Shown: piece by piece, positions 28,376 through 37,877 of the stretch
Numbering within the stretch: the first letter of the stretch is position 1
How the letters are laid out: every line of letters starts with the position of its first letter
NCBI GenBank assembly: GCA_036229005.1
Contig: JAZAMN010000071.1
Coordinates: 128,001-192,000, forward strand
Length of the DNA: 64,000 nt
Direction of reading: 5' to 3'
Origin: Myxococcota bacterium
GTDB lineage: Bacteria > Myxococcota_A > UBA796 > CAJQPC01
Position numbers and translations under genes: made by a program
Notes under the pieces: generated by a model
Databases searched by the model: none
Told to the model about the DNA's origin: nothing
What the model saw: the letters and a program-made list of their open reading frames with translations, nothing else

Positions 28376-30190
28376 TCAGGCTCCGGCTCGGGAGTCGGCT
28401 CGCGAATCCGCGCGCTTGCGGTCTGCGCTCCAGGCGGGCTTGGTGAGGGCTCCGCCCACCCGGTGGAAGTGCAGGTCGCGGCGCACGGGCTCGCGGCCGG
28501 CCTCGCGGAGATGCAGCTCGGTCAGCGCCAGGGTGGGGTCCCAGTCGCCGGTCTCGCGGTCGAAGAGCACGTGGCCGAAGTCGTCCAGGCCGGAGTGCAG
28601 CAGGACCTGGGCGGCGCTGGGGCCGTGGACCTGCAGGTCGGCGACCAGGTGGCCGGCGGGGAGCACCAGGCGGGCCAGAGCGGCCATGCGCTGCTGGTCG
28701 GCGGCGGTGTTGTCCTGCCAGCCCACGTCCGCGATGGGGAAGGTGGTGATCTGCACGGCGGGCGCGCCCAAGCTGCGGAGGGCCATCAGGCCGGCGATGC
28801 GCTGGGTCTCGGACTCGGAGACGCCGAACTGCAGGCGCAGGGTGGGCAGCAGGTCCAGGTCGATGGCGGCGCGGAGGACGGCCATCTCCTGCGCGGCGCC
28901 CAAGGGGGCGTCCAGGCGGCGGCGCACGGTGTCGTCCAGCAGCCAGCCGGTGCCGGGGCGGAGGGCGCTGAGGCCGGCCTGCTGCAGGGACGCGAGCAGG
29001 TTGTGGGGTAGCCCGGGGGAGAGCCTCTCGACCTGCGCGGGGTCCAGGGCGCTCAGGGCGATCTGGCTGTTTTCACTCAGGTATTCCAGCAGGGTCAGCC
29101 ACTCGGCGGCGGCGCGCTCGCCGGTGAGGACCGCGGCGGCGGCGCCCTTCTCCTGGAGCTCCAGGACCTGGGCCAAAACGTGGCCGGGCTCGGCGGTGGC
29201 GTCGACCTGACCGACCATGCAGTAGGGGGTCTCGGCCTGGGGGTGCAAAGCGGTGGCGCGCAGGCTGGCGGCCAGGGCCAGGTCGGTGAGCGGGGCCTGC
29301 TCGTGCAGTCGCTGGGCCTGCTCGGCGTTGGGCAGGTGGCCCTGGGCGCAGTCGGCCAGCAGGGTGTCCAGGTCGGGGCGCGGGCGCATCGCGCTGGGGG
29401 GCCCGTAGAGCTCGAAGTCCACGCTGCGGCCCTTGGGGGTCTCGCGCCCCAGGATCCCGGCCTCGCGGCCCAGAGCGGCGAAGCGGCGCAGGCCCATCAG
29501 CGCCCGGTCGTCCAGGGTGTAGCGGATGGACTTGGTGACGTAGCTGCGGTCGGGCTCGGGGAGGCTGTCACGCAGCGCCATGCCCTCGCTGGCGGCCAGA
29601 CGCAGGCCCTGGACGGCCTCGTGGGGCAGGTCCGGGCGGCCGGCCCAGACGGCGAACACGAAGGGGAGCTGGGTCCACTCCCACCACAGCTCGCCCAGGT
29701 CCAGGCGGGTGGTCAGGCGATCGGGGAGGCTGCGGGCGGCGTCCCCGATGACCAGGCCGGCGACGGTGCCCTTGGCGCGGGAGACGGAGGTGCCCGGCTC
29801 ACAGTCGTAGACCTGCAGATCGGGGCTCACCCTCTGGGCCAGGGGACCCTTGGACAGCATGAGACGGGACAGCGCCACCGAGGTCCGGCTGACCCCGTCC
29901 AGCGCCACGGCCGTCCACTCCTCGGGCGGGGTCTCGGCCACCAGGAGCACGCTGTGGACGGGGCCCTCGGCGCCGATGCACCAGCCCGGGACCACCTTGT
30001 AGTCGCCGTCGGAGAGCATCGCGGCCACAGGGATCAGGCCCACGTCGGCTTCGCCCTCGCGCAGCATGCGGGCGGCCTCGGAGGGGTGGCGCTCGGAGAC
30101 CTGGTAGCGGATGCGGTCCAGGCGGGTGAGCAGCGGCCAGGTGTTGGTGTAGCCGACAGCGGCGACCCGAATGGGGGTGGGCTCGGACAT
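28376..30190 (-). CDS. mqnA: MqnA chorismate dehydratase fused to a degenerate MqnC/CofH-like radical-SAM domain
   Basis: N-terminal half has YTNTWPL, SRTS, IGDAA and DLGELWWEWTQLPFVFAVW. C-terminal half follows the MqnC pattern but lacks CxxxCxxC. Confidence 0.85.
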   Translation of the reverse strand: MSEPTPIRVAAVGYTNTWPLLTRLDRIRYQVSERHPSEAARMLREGEADVGLIPVAAMLSDGDYKVVPGWCIGAEGPVHSVLLVAETPPEEWTAVALDGVSRTSVALSRLMLSKGPLAQRVSPDLQVYDCEPGTSVSRAKGTVAGLVIGDAARSLPDRLTTRLDLGELWWEWTQLPFVFAVWAGRPDLPHEAVQGLRLAASEGMALRDSLPEPDRSYVTKSIRYTLDDRALMGLRRFAALGREAGILGRETPKGRSVDFELYGPPSAMRPRPDLDTLLADCAQGHLPNAEQAQRLHEQAPLTDLALAASLRATALHPQAETPYCMVGQVDATAEPGHVLAQVLELQEKGAAAAVLTGERAAAEWLTLLEYLSENSQIALSALDPAQVERLSPGLPHNLLASLQQAGLSALRPGTGWLLDDTVRRRLDAPLGAAQEMAVLRAAIDLDLLPTLRLQFGVSESETQRIAGLMALRSLGAPAVQITTFPIADVGWQDNTAADQQRMAALARLVLPAGHLVADLQVHGPSAAQVLLHSGLDDFGHVLFDRETGDWDPTLALTELHLREAGREPVRRDLHFHRVGGALTKPAWSADRKRADSRADSRAGA

Positions 30191-30191
30191 C

Positions 30192-31367
30192 TCAGGCCTC
30201 GGCGGCGATCAGGTAGTGGGTGTCCCGCTCGACCGGGATGCGGCCGGCCTTGCGGATCATCTGGACCAGCTCGGTGCGGGTGAGCTGCTGGGGCGTGCGG
30301 GCGCCGGCCATGTGGTAGATGCGCTCTTCGCGCACGGTGCCGTCGATGTCCGAGGCGCCGTAGCTCAGCGAGAGCTGCGCCAGGGCCATGCCCAGCATCA
30401 CCCAGTAGCTCTTGACGTGGGGGAAGTTGTCCAGCATCAACCTGGACACTGCGATGGTGCGCAGCGTGTCGGCCGCCGTGGGCTCGGTGATGCGCTCCAG
30501 GCGGTTGTTCTCGTTGTGGAAGCGCAGCGGGATGAAGGTCTGGAAGGCCCCCGCGCTGGGGTCCAGGGCCTGCCGGGCCAGGCTGCGGTCCTGCAGCTCG
30601 CGGAGCTGGATCATGTGGTCCACCCGCTCCTCGAGCTTCTCGATGGACCCAAAGAGCATGGTGGCGTTGGTCCGGAAGCCCAGGCGGTGAGCGGTATCGT
30701 GGACCTGGAGCCAGCCCTCCGTCGTGACCTTGTCCGGGCAGAGCTTGCGGCGGGCCCGGTCGGCGAAGATCTCGGCGCCGCCCCCGGGCAGGGAGTCCAG
30801 CCCGGCCTCGCGGAAGGCCAGCAGGACCTGCTCGTAGCTCATGCCGTACTTCTCGGCGTAGTAGTGGACCTCCACCGCCGTGAAGCCCTTGATGTGCAGG
30901 TCCGGGCGCTCGGCCTTGATGGCCCGCAGCAGGTCCGTGTAGTAGCTGAACGGCAGCCCGGGGTGCAGGCCGTTGACGATGTGCACCTCGGTGATGAAGG
31001 CATCGCGCAGGGCCTCGATGCGGCCCACGGCCTCCCGCAGCGTCATGGTGTACGCCAGGGGATTCCCCTCTTCCAACCTGGCAAAGCTGCAGAAGATGCA
31101 ACTCGCCTCGCACACGTTCGTCGCGTTGATGTGCACGTTGCGGTTGAAGTAGGCCAGGTCGCCGTGCCAGCGCTCGCGCACCAGGTTGGCCAGGGCGCCG
31201 ACGCTGGCCACATCCGGCTCCTCGATCAGGCGCACGCCCTCGTCCAGGGACAGGCGCTCCCCGGCGAGCACCTTGTCGGTGATGTCGCCCAGCCCGGCGC
31301 GCTGCAGGGCGGCCTTGGCCAGGGGGCTCAGGGAGGGGTGGTGCTTGGGTGCGGTGGCGGCGGTCAT
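30192..31367 (-). CDS. mqnE: Aminofutalosine synthase (radical SAM)
   Basis: HINATNVCEASCIFC, EVHIVNG, PGGGAEIF and HVKSYW...EERIYHMAG motifs. Confidence 0.92.
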   Translation of the reverse strand: MTAATAPKHHPSLSPLAKAALQRAGLGDITDKVLAGERLSLDEGVRLIEEPDVASVGALANLVRERWHGDLAYFNRNVHINATNVCEASCIFCSFARLEEGNPLAYTMTLREAVGRIEALRDAFITEVHIVNGLHPGLPFSYYTDLLRAIKAERPDLHIKGFTAVEVHYYAEKYGMSYEQVLLAFREAGLDSLPGGGAEIFADRARRKLCPDKVTTEGWLQVHDTAHRLGFRTNATMLFGSIEKLEERVDHMIQLRELQDRSLARQALDPSAGAFQTFIPLRFHNENNRLERITEPTAADTLRTIAVSRLMLDNFPHVKSYWVMLGMALAQLSLSYGASDIDGTVREERIYHMAGARTPQQLTRTELVQMIRKAGRIPVERDTHYLIAAEA

Positions 31368-31927
31368 TTCATCCCTTCCCAGCGGTGGCGGACGCTGTTG
31401 GCAATGCCGAGCTGGTCCAGCACGCGCCCCACGACCGAGTCGATGAGGTCCTGCATGCTCTCCGGACCGGAGTAGAAGTTGGGGCTGGCGGGCATCACCT
31501 TGGCCCCGGCCAGCAGGAGCTGTTCCATGTTGCGCACGTGGATCAGGCTGTAGGGGCTCTCGCGGAGGCAGAGCACCAGGGTGCGGCGCTCCTTGAGCAT
31601 CACGTCCGCGGCGCGGCCGATCAGATCGGTGCTCATGCCGTGGGCGATGCGGGCCATGGTCCCGGCGCTGGCGGGCACGATGGCCATGGCGTCAAAGTCG
31701 CTGGACCCGCTGGCGAAAGGCGCGGTCATGTCCAGGGCGCCCCAGATGGGCAGGCCGTAGTCCTTGGGGTCGCTGCCGATCTCGTGGGACCACACCAGGC
31801 GGCCGGTCTTGGAGAAGACCACGTGGGCCTCGATCCCGGCGTCCTTTGCGGGGCCCGAGAGGAACTCGAGCATGCCCTTGGCGTAGGGCGCGCCGGAGGC
31901 TCCGCTGATGCCGAGGACGACCTTCAC
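31364..31927 (-). CDS. ubiX: UbiX flavin prenyltransferase
   Basis: GISGASG, ASGS, RAADVMLKERR and RESP motifs; GTG 31927 overlaps the upstream stop. Confidence 0.93.
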   Translation of the reverse strand: MKVVLGISGASGAPYAKGMLEFLSGPAKDAGIEAHVVFSKTGRLVWSHEIGSDPKDYGLPIWGALDMTAPFASGSSDFDAMAIVPASAGTMARIAHGMSTDLIGRAADVMLKERRTLVLCLRESPYSLIHVRNMEQLLLAGAKVMPASPNFYSGPESMQDLIDSVVGRVLDQLGIANSVRHRWEGMK

Positions 31928-32646
31928 GGCAGGCTCCCGGGCTTCTCCAGCGCGACCAGGGAGGCCACGGGGGGGAGGAGCTCCTGGCCCTGCAGGACCT
32001 GAAAGCCCACCTCTTGGGCGATCTGTTGGAAGCGCTCGCGCGTCAAATAGGCAGTCATGCTGTCGGCGAGGTAACCGTAGGCCTGACTGTCCCCGGAGAT
32101 CCACCCGCCCACGGTGGGCAGCACGACCTTGTTCACCACGGAGTGGAAGACCTTCTGGTCGACCCGCACGGGCTGGAAGAACTCCAGCACCACCAGGCGG
32201 CCGCCGGGGTGCAGCACCCGGAAGGCCTCGCGCAGCGCCTTCTCGTTGTCGGGTACGTTGCGCAGCCCAAAGGCGGCGATCGCCCCATGGAATCGCGGGC
32301 CCTCCCAGGGCATGTCCTGGGCGTCACCGACCACGGCCTCCACCGGGGCGCCTTCGGGCAGGCGCTGCTTGCCGACCTCCAGCATGCCGGGGGAGAAGTC
32401 GTAGGCCACGACCTCCGGGCAGCCTGCGTCGAGCAGGGCGATGGACAGGTCCATGGTGCCCGCGCACAGGTCCAGCATGGGGCCCTGGATGCACGCGCCC
32501 AGGGCGGCCAGGCCCTTGCGGCGCCACAGCTTGTCGATGCCCATGGTGAGCACCGAGTTGGCCTTCACGTAGGTGGGCGCGATGCGGTCGAACATGTCCC
32601 GCACCGCCTCTTCGCGGTTCGGGTCTCCAGCGACGGGGCCGCTCAT
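31924..32646 (-). CDS. menG: Demethylmenaquinone methyltransferase (UbiE/MenG)
   Basis: MFDRIAPTY, LDLCAGT, FGLRNV and RVLHPGG..LEF motifs. Confidence 0.92.
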   Translation of the reverse strand: MSGPVAGDPNREEAVRDMFDRIAPTYVKANSVLTMGIDKLWRRKGLAALGACIQGPMLDLCAGTMDLSIALLDAGCPEVVAYDFSPGMLEVGKQRLPEGAPVEAVVGDAQDMPWEGPRFHGAIAAFGLRNVPDNEKALREAFRVLHPGGRLVVLEFFQPVRVDQKVFHSVVNKVVLPTVGGWISGDSQAYGYLADSMTAYLTRERFQQIAQEVGFQVLQGQELLPPVASLVALEKPGSLP

Positions 32647-33692
32647 GCTGCGCGCTCCGTCAGGTAGTTGGCCAGGTCGATCAGCGCCTGCTTGTGGGGG
32701 CTGTCGGGGAGGATGTCGAGCTGGGCGATGCCCTCCGCCACGCGCTCGCGGGCGGTCTCCAGGGCGCGCTCCAGGGCGCCGGTCGCGCGCACGCGCTCCA
32801 GCAGCTCGGGCAGGTCGTCTGGCGTGGGGGGGTGCGCCTCCAGCAGCGGCCGCAGGCCCGGGTCGGCCTCGAAGGCGTAGAGCAGCGGCAGGGTCAGCTT
32901 GCGCTCCAGCAGGTCCACGCCGGGCTGCTTGCCCGTGGTCCCCAGCACGCCGCCGTAGTCCAGCACGTCGTCCGTGATCTGGAAGGCCTCGCCCACCGCG
33001 CAGCCAAAGGCCTCCATGCGCTCGGCGAGCTCAGCGTCCTCCAGCACGTGGGCCCCGGCGGCCGCGCACCAGGAGATCAGCGCGGCGGACTTGCCCTGCA
33101 CGATCTGGCGGTAGGTCTCCAGGGGGGTGTCCAGGGCGCCAGCGCGCTCGAGCTGCAGCACCTCCCCCTCGGACATGGCGGTCACGGCCTCGGCCAGACC
33201 GGTCACGCAGCCATGGCCGCCCTCTTCGGCCGCCAGGAGCACCGCGCGCGCCAGACAGAAGTCGCCGGTGAGGATGACCAGAGCGTTGCCCTGCACCGTG
33301 TGGGCCGCCGGCTTGCCGCGCCGGGTGGGCGCGTTGTCCACGACGTCATCGTGCAAGAGCGACGCGAGGTGGATCATCTCCCCCACGCACATCAGCCGGG
33401 ACAGGTCGCCGCCCAGACCGCAGGCGTGAGCGCCCAGAGCGGTCAACAGGGGCCGGATGCGCTTGCCCCCGGAGGCCGCCAGGTAGCGGCTGATCTCCGA
33501 GACCTTGTCCACGCGGCTGCCGAGCAGGTTCTTGAGCTCCTGCTCACTGCGCTGCATCTCCCCGGCGACGAGCTGCCAGGCGTGCGCGGGAGGCTGGACG
33601 CGGGTACGGGGGCTGCCGGCAGCGACCCCCTGGGGTTCGCGGCGGAGGGGGACCACCTTGCCTGTGCTGTCTTGGGCGCTGCTTGCGTCCAT
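32643..33692 (-). CDS. Long-chain polyprenyl diphosphate synthase (IspB-like)
   Basis: GGKRIRP, ASLLHDDVVD, RRG and FQITDDVLD motifs. Confidence 0.93.
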   Translation of the reverse strand: MDASSAQDSTGKVVPLRREPQGVAAGSPRTRVQPPAHAWQLVAGEMQRSEQELKNLLGSRVDKVSEISRYLAASGGKRIRPLLTALGAHACGLGGDLSRLMCVGEMIHLASLLHDDVVDNAPTRRGKPAAHTVQGNALVILTGDFCLARAVLLAAEEGGHGCVTGLAEAVTAMSEGEVLQLERAGALDTPLETYRQIVQGKSAALISWCAAAGAHVLEDAELAERMEAFGCAVGEAFQITDDVLDYGGVLGTTGKQPGVDLLERKLTLPLLYAFEADPGLRPLLEAHPPTPDDLPELLERVRATGALERALETARERVAEGIAQLDILPDSPHKQALIDLANYLTERAA

Positions 33693-33741
33693 CCAGGGAC
33701 TCCCGGCTTTGGAACCACTGCATATCCACCGAATTCAAATC

Positions 33742-33759
33742 TTTCAATAGGCGTTGAAA
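33742..33759. promoter_or_regulatory. Inverted repeat TTTCAA-N6-TTGAAA in the divergent promoter; candidate GbsR-type operator
   Basis: Perfect 6-bp arms in an AT-rich gap between the mqn operon and the GbsR/MarR gene. Confidence 0.55.
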
Positions 33760-33801
33760 TCTTTTAGCGGGGTGGCTATCTCTCCAGAGAGGACAGGCTA
33801 A

Positions 33802-34380
33802 ATGGCCCAGAGCGCTCAGCAGCACACCCCCTCCCCCGTGGACCTGGCCATCGATCAGGTGGCCCATGCCATCGGCGAGGTCATGGAGTTCTGGTCCTTC
33901 AAGCCCTCCATGGGCCGGGTCTGGGCCGTGCTCTACCTGAGCCGGGCGCCCCTGAGCGCAGAGGAGATCTGCTGCCGCACCGGCCTGTCCTCCGGCTCGG
34001 TCTCCATGACCCTGAACGAGCTGCGCCTGTGGGGGGTCGTCGGCCGCGTCCAGCCGCCCCCCGGCAGCCCTGGCCGCCGCCGCAAGCTCTACGTAGCCGA
34101 GACCGACGTCTGGGCCATGGTCACCCGCGTCTTCCGCGAGCGGGAGCTCAAGCAGGTGCGCCGCACCGTCCAGGCTCTGGAGTCCGCCCGCGCGCTCCTG
34201 GCCCAGGCCGAAGCCGAGCACACCGACCCCGACGCCCAGGAGCGCCTGGAGTTCGTCACCGCCCGTGTCCAGCGCCTGCTGGAGCTGGGCCGCAGCGGCG
34301 AGCGCATGCTGGCCCGGCTGGCGGACACCGGGGAGCTGAGCCTGGGGGCGCTGCGTGGGTGGATGGGGCGCAAGCGCTGA
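33802..34380 (+). CDS. GbsR/MarR-family transcriptional regulator
   Basis: FWSFKPSMGRVWAVLYL...LSAEEI...SVSMTLNEL..WGVV winged-HTH pattern. Confidence 0.85.
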   Translation: MAQSAQQHTPSPVDLAIDQVAHAIGEVMEFWSFKPSMGRVWAVLYLSRAPLSAEEICCRTGLSSGSVSMTLNELRLWGVVGRVQPPPGSPGRRRKLYVAETDVWAMVTRVFRERELKQVRRTVQALESARALLAQAEAEHTDPDAQERLEFVTARVQRLLELGRSGERMLARLADTGELSLGALRGWMGRKR

Positions 34381-34392
34381 GCGCCGGGGTGC

Positions 34393-35142
34393 TCAGCAGC
34401 CCTGGTGCGCAAAGTAGCCGTTCATCATCCGGATGAGGGCGAGCACCTGGGCCTTGTCCGCGGGGTTGGTCACGGCAGGCTCCAGGCTGTTCAGCGCCTG
34501 ATGCCACGCCGCGAGCTGCGGGTTCAGCGTCCAGGGCTGACCGGTGATGCGGTTGACCTCGCGGGTGTGCTGTCGGTCCAGCTCGAGCAGGTGGAGCGGG
34601 ATGCTGGAGGGGATGGCATCGCAGACCGCGCTGGCGTCTTCGACGGGGCGCCCCCCAAAGAGGACGTCCTCACGGCTCTTGGCCAGCTCCAGACCAAAGA
34701 GCTCCTCCCCCAGCTCCGGGGAGCCCAGCACGACCCCCATCGCCTCCAGGGTCTGCACGTGGGCCTTCAGCCCCGCCTGCAGGTCCTCCCACTCGCCGCG
34801 GCGCTCGCTGGCGATGGACTCCGGGGGGATGGCGGAGACGCTCTGCTCCAGGACCATGGGCACCAACATCGCAGCCCGCGTCATGAAGCTGTTGGCGGCG
34901 AGCAGCTCCAGGGAAGCCCCCGCGCTGCGGCGCTCGTGTTCGGGGAGCCCCTGGATGTGCGCCAGGTGCTCCTGGGCGGCCTGGGTCGCCTGGGCCAGCT
35001 CCTGGGCGGACATGGGGGCGCTGTTGGGGCCCGCCGCGCAGCCCCCTCCCTCCTGGGTGACGCAGCCCTGGGGCTCCGGGGACGCAGAGACCTCGCAGGC
35101 CACCAGGGAGAGCAAGAGGAAGAGGGGGGCACTGAGTGTCAT
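34393..35142 (-). CDS. Hypothetical lipoprotein
   Basis: Lipobox LVA-C; helical body; co-oriented downstream of the M56 gene. Confidence 0.65.
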   Translation of the reverse strand: MTLSAPLFLLLSLVACEVSASPEPQGCVTQEGGGCAAGPNSAPMSAQELAQATQAAQEHLAHIQGLPEHERRSAGASLELLAANSFMTRAAMLVPMVLEQSVSAIPPESIASERRGEWEDLQAGLKAHVQTLEAMGVVLGSPELGEELFGLELAKSREDVLFGGRPVEDASAVCDAIPSSIPLHLLELDRQHTREVNRITGQPWTLNPQLAAWHQALNSLEPAVTNPADKAQVLALIRMMNGYFAHQGC

Positions 35143-35189
35143 GGTGAACCATCCTGATTCTGGGCGCCCAGGCGCCTGTTCTCTGCCAG

Positions 35190-36053
35190 CTACTGACAGG
35201 TGAGCGTGTCTTGCGGGGCGGTCCAGGTGGGCCAGGCCCCCAGCGCCGGCAGGCTCAAGCCCGCCAGCAGCAGCGCCAGCAGCCAGATCGGCCAGCGGCG
35301 GCTGCCCCGGCTTCGGGTCCCCAGGACGGCCTGCACCCGCTGCCCCACGGGAGAGCGGGCCACACCCAGGGCGACGCGGGGCTGGCCACCCTGGGCCAGA
35401 CCGACCAACAGCGAGGCGTAGTCACTGGGCCGCACCCCCTGGGCCAGGACGGCGTCGTCTGCGGCGTGCTCGGCCTCCTGGGCCAGTCGGCGGCGCGCGA
35501 GCCAGACCGCCGGGTGGAACCAGAACAGGACACAGACGCACCAGGCCGCGATGTGTACCGGCCAGTCCCGGCGGGCGATGTGTGCCCGCTCGTGGGCCAG
35601 CGCCGCATCCCGTATCGGCCCAGCCCAGTCCCTGGCCGCCGCAGGCAGCAGCACGACCGGCCGGAGCAGCCCCCAGGTCACCGGCCCCGCCAAGCGCGGG
35701 TGGTAGAGCACGCCGCCTGGACCCGGCGTGGCCTCCCTGCGCAGCCAGGCCAGGCGGAGGAGCCCCAACAACAGCGGCACCGCAGCGAGCGCCGCGCCCA
35801 CAGCCCAGAGCTGGAAGACCCAAGGGGCATCCACCGCGATCAGGGCGCCGCGCCGGTGGGCCATCCAGGGCAGCACCGGGAGGCAGCCCAGGCTCGCGGC
35901 CCAGACGGCGTGCCGGACCGAGGCGCTCGCCCAGGCACCCGACCGGCCCAGGAGCAGACTGAGCGCGCTGGCCGCCCCCATCATGAGCGTGGCCTTCAAG
36001 CCGGCGTCCAGGATCACGCCGCTGAGAACAGCGAGCTCGCCCGGGGCGCTCAT
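35190..36053 (-). CDS. BlaR1/MecR1-type M56 metallopeptidase lacking a C-terminal sensor domain
   Basis: RHAVW, GLLRPVVLLP, AHERAHIARRD, WFHP and EHAADD motifs. Confidence 0.9.
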   Translation of the reverse strand: MSAPGELAVLSGVILDAGLKATLMMGAASALSLLLGRSGAWASASVRHAVWAASLGCLPVLPWMAHRRGALIAVDAPWVFQLWAVGAALAAVPLLLGLLRLAWLRREATPGPGGVLYHPRLAGPVTWGLLRPVVLLPAAARDWAGPIRDAALAHERAHIARRDWPVHIAAWCVCVLFWFHPAVWLARRRLAQEAEHAADDAVLAQGVRPSDYASLLVGLAQGGQPRVALGVARSPVGQRVQAVLGTRSRGSRRWPIWLLALLLAGLSLPALGAWPTWTAPQDTLTCQ

Positions 36054-36424
36054 CGCCCCTCCTCACGGGCCTTGGCGATGGCCTGCTCCAGCGCGGCGAG
36101 CTCCTGCGGATCCAGGGTCTCCTCCCCCACCAGCGCCAGCGCGGCCTTCACCCGGGAGCCCCCAAAGAAGTTCCGCACCACCCGCTCCAGCGCGGACACG
36201 CTGGCCTGCTCGGCCGGCACCGTGGGGGAGTAGAGGTAGCGCCGGCCATCCCGGACCGTGGACAGGTGGCCCTTCTCCACCAAGGTGCCCATCAGCGCCC
36301 GCACCGTGGAGTAGCTGGGCGCATCCGGCATGGCCTGGTGGATCTCGCCCACCGAGGCCCCCCGGCCCAGGCGGTAGACAAGGTCCATGATCTGGCGCTC
36401 GCGGCGAGAGAGGGGATCTGACAT
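36050..36424 (-). CDS. BlaI/MecI/CopY-family repressor
   Basis: LSRRERQIMD...YSTVRALM..LVEKG..FFGGS pattern. Confidence 0.94.
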   Translation of the reverse strand: MSDPLSRRERQIMDLVYRLGRGASVGEIHQAMPDAPSYSTVRALMGTLVEKGHLSTVRDGRRYLYSPTVPAEQASVSALERVVRNFFGGSRVKAALALVGEETLDPQELAALEQAIAKAREEGR

Positions 36425-36457
36425 GCGGGTTTTTTAGCATATGCTACAAAACCCGCA
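36424..36457. promoter_or_regulatory. 34-bp near-perfect palindrome at the blaI start; probable autoregulatory operator
   Basis: TGCGGGTTTTTTAGCAT|ATGCTACAAAACCCGCA, with 16 of 17 arm positions complementary. Confidence 0.75.
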
Positions 36458-36518
36458 CAACAAGGATCGCCCAAAAGATCACGGGGGACGCTCACCCTCA
36501 GCGAGCGCCCCCCGTCCC

Positions 36519-37769
36519 TCAGCGCACCGACACCGAGTCCACCAGCACCATGCTCTCGCGCTCGTAGAAGTTCAGCCCGTCCCCGCAGCGCAGCACCACC
36601 CGGTCGGAGATGGGCTGCCAGGCGATGCCGCCCTGGAAGCCGCAGCCCGGCGAGAAGCTGTTCACGTCGCCGGTCTCGAAGTCCAGGGTGCCGACGCGGC
36701 CCTCGCCCTCCGACCACCACAGGGCCTCGCCCACCAGCACGGGGTGCCAGTCGATGTCGCCGCGCTCGATGCTGGAGGCCAGCAGGGGGTCGTCCAGATC
36801 CACGACCACGATCTCGTCCACCGTCACAGAACTGTCCATGACCAAGAAGTGAGCGTCGGGGGTGACCCAAGCGCCAAAGCCGTCCTCCAGCGGGACCACC
36901 GACAGCTCCCAGGTCTCCGTGTCCGCGACCACCACGCTGGTGTCCGTCGTGCCGTAGAAGGCGCTGCCGTCTTGGTTGTAGCGTCCATTCTGGGGCACAC
37001 CCTGCACGCGCTCGATCGCCCCGGTCTCCAGGTCCACGGCAAAGAAGCCCTCCCGCTCCCGCGCTCCGCTCTTGGGGAAGGCCAGCGCCTGCTTCAAGTC
37101 CGGGCGCAGCGTCCAAGAGGCGGCCTCGCCCTGGAATGCAGGCAGGTTGACCTCGCGTACGACAGACAGCGTCGCGGGGTCCCAGAGCTGCATGGCCCCG
37201 GTGGTGGGGTCCTGAGCCTGCAAGAGCCCATCCGCCGTCCAATCCAGAGCCTGGAAGGAGAGGGGCACCTGCTGCTCGAAGTCGGCCGAGATCACCGCCT
37301 GGCTGCCGTCCTCCAGCACATGGAGCAGGAACTCCCCCGTCGGCGAGGCCACCAGGCTGCCGCCCTCCAGGGTGCGGGTCACCTGGCGCGCGCTCCGAGG
37401 CACCAGCCCGTGCAGGGTCGGGTCGCCCTCCGCGCCCCACCAGTACTCCGCGAGCACCGCGCCGCCGTCGACGAACTCCGCATGCATCCCGACCCAGTTC
37501 AGGACCTCCGGGTCCAGCTCCATGATGCGGCGGGAGCTGTGCGACTGCCCGTGCACCCGGTACAGCGCCGGGCTGAAGCTGTCGTCCGCGGGCTCGCCGG
37601 TGTCTTCCCACCCCGAGTCCTGGGGCTCCAGCCCCATGTCCACGAGCCAGAGATCCTCGGTCACCGGGTCGACCCCGATCTCCACAAAGAGAAAGGCCGA
37701 GTCCCCCGCGCCGTAGCCGTCACCAGAGAAGCCCCCCACGAGGCAACCCGCCAAGAGAAGCAGAGTCAT
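36519..37769 (-). CDS. Lipoprotein, probable beta-propeller
   Basis: MTLLLLAG-C leader; repeated SPTG/TPDA/QPIS blade-like motifs. Confidence 0.65.
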   Translation of the reverse strand: MTLLLLAGCLVGGFSGDGYGAGDSAFLFVEIGVDPVTEDLWLVDMGLEPQDSGWEDTGEPADDSFSPALYRVHGQSHSSRRIMELDPEVLNWVGMHAEFVDGGAVLAEYWWGAEGDPTLHGLVPRSARQVTRTLEGGSLVASPTGEFLLHVLEDGSQAVISADFEQQVPLSFQALDWTADGLLQAQDPTTGAMQLWDPATLSVVREVNLPAFQGEAASWTLRPDLKQALAFPKSGAREREGFFAVDLETGAIERVQGVPQNGRYNQDGSAFYGTTDTSVVVADTETWELSVVPLEDGFGAWVTPDAHFLVMDSSVTVDEIVVVDLDDPLLASSIERGDIDWHPVLVGEALWWSEGEGRVGTLDFETGDVNSFSPGCGFQGGIAWQPISDRVVLRCGDGLNFYERESMVLVDSVSVR

Positions 37770-37877
37770 CACACACCCCCAAAACGCCTGACCTGGGCTC
37801 AACATACCCCCGCGGTCCGGGCCCCGCTATGTAGGATGGCAGTCAGCCCCACAGCGGGTTCACAGCAGAGGCACGAC

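Noticed and set aside
36441..37877. N-terminal extensions of the FHA ORF (and likewise 5601-6482 for OsmC and 57735-58415 for the aspartic protease)
   Set aside because: They are antisense to real genes; domains begin at the downstream starts.
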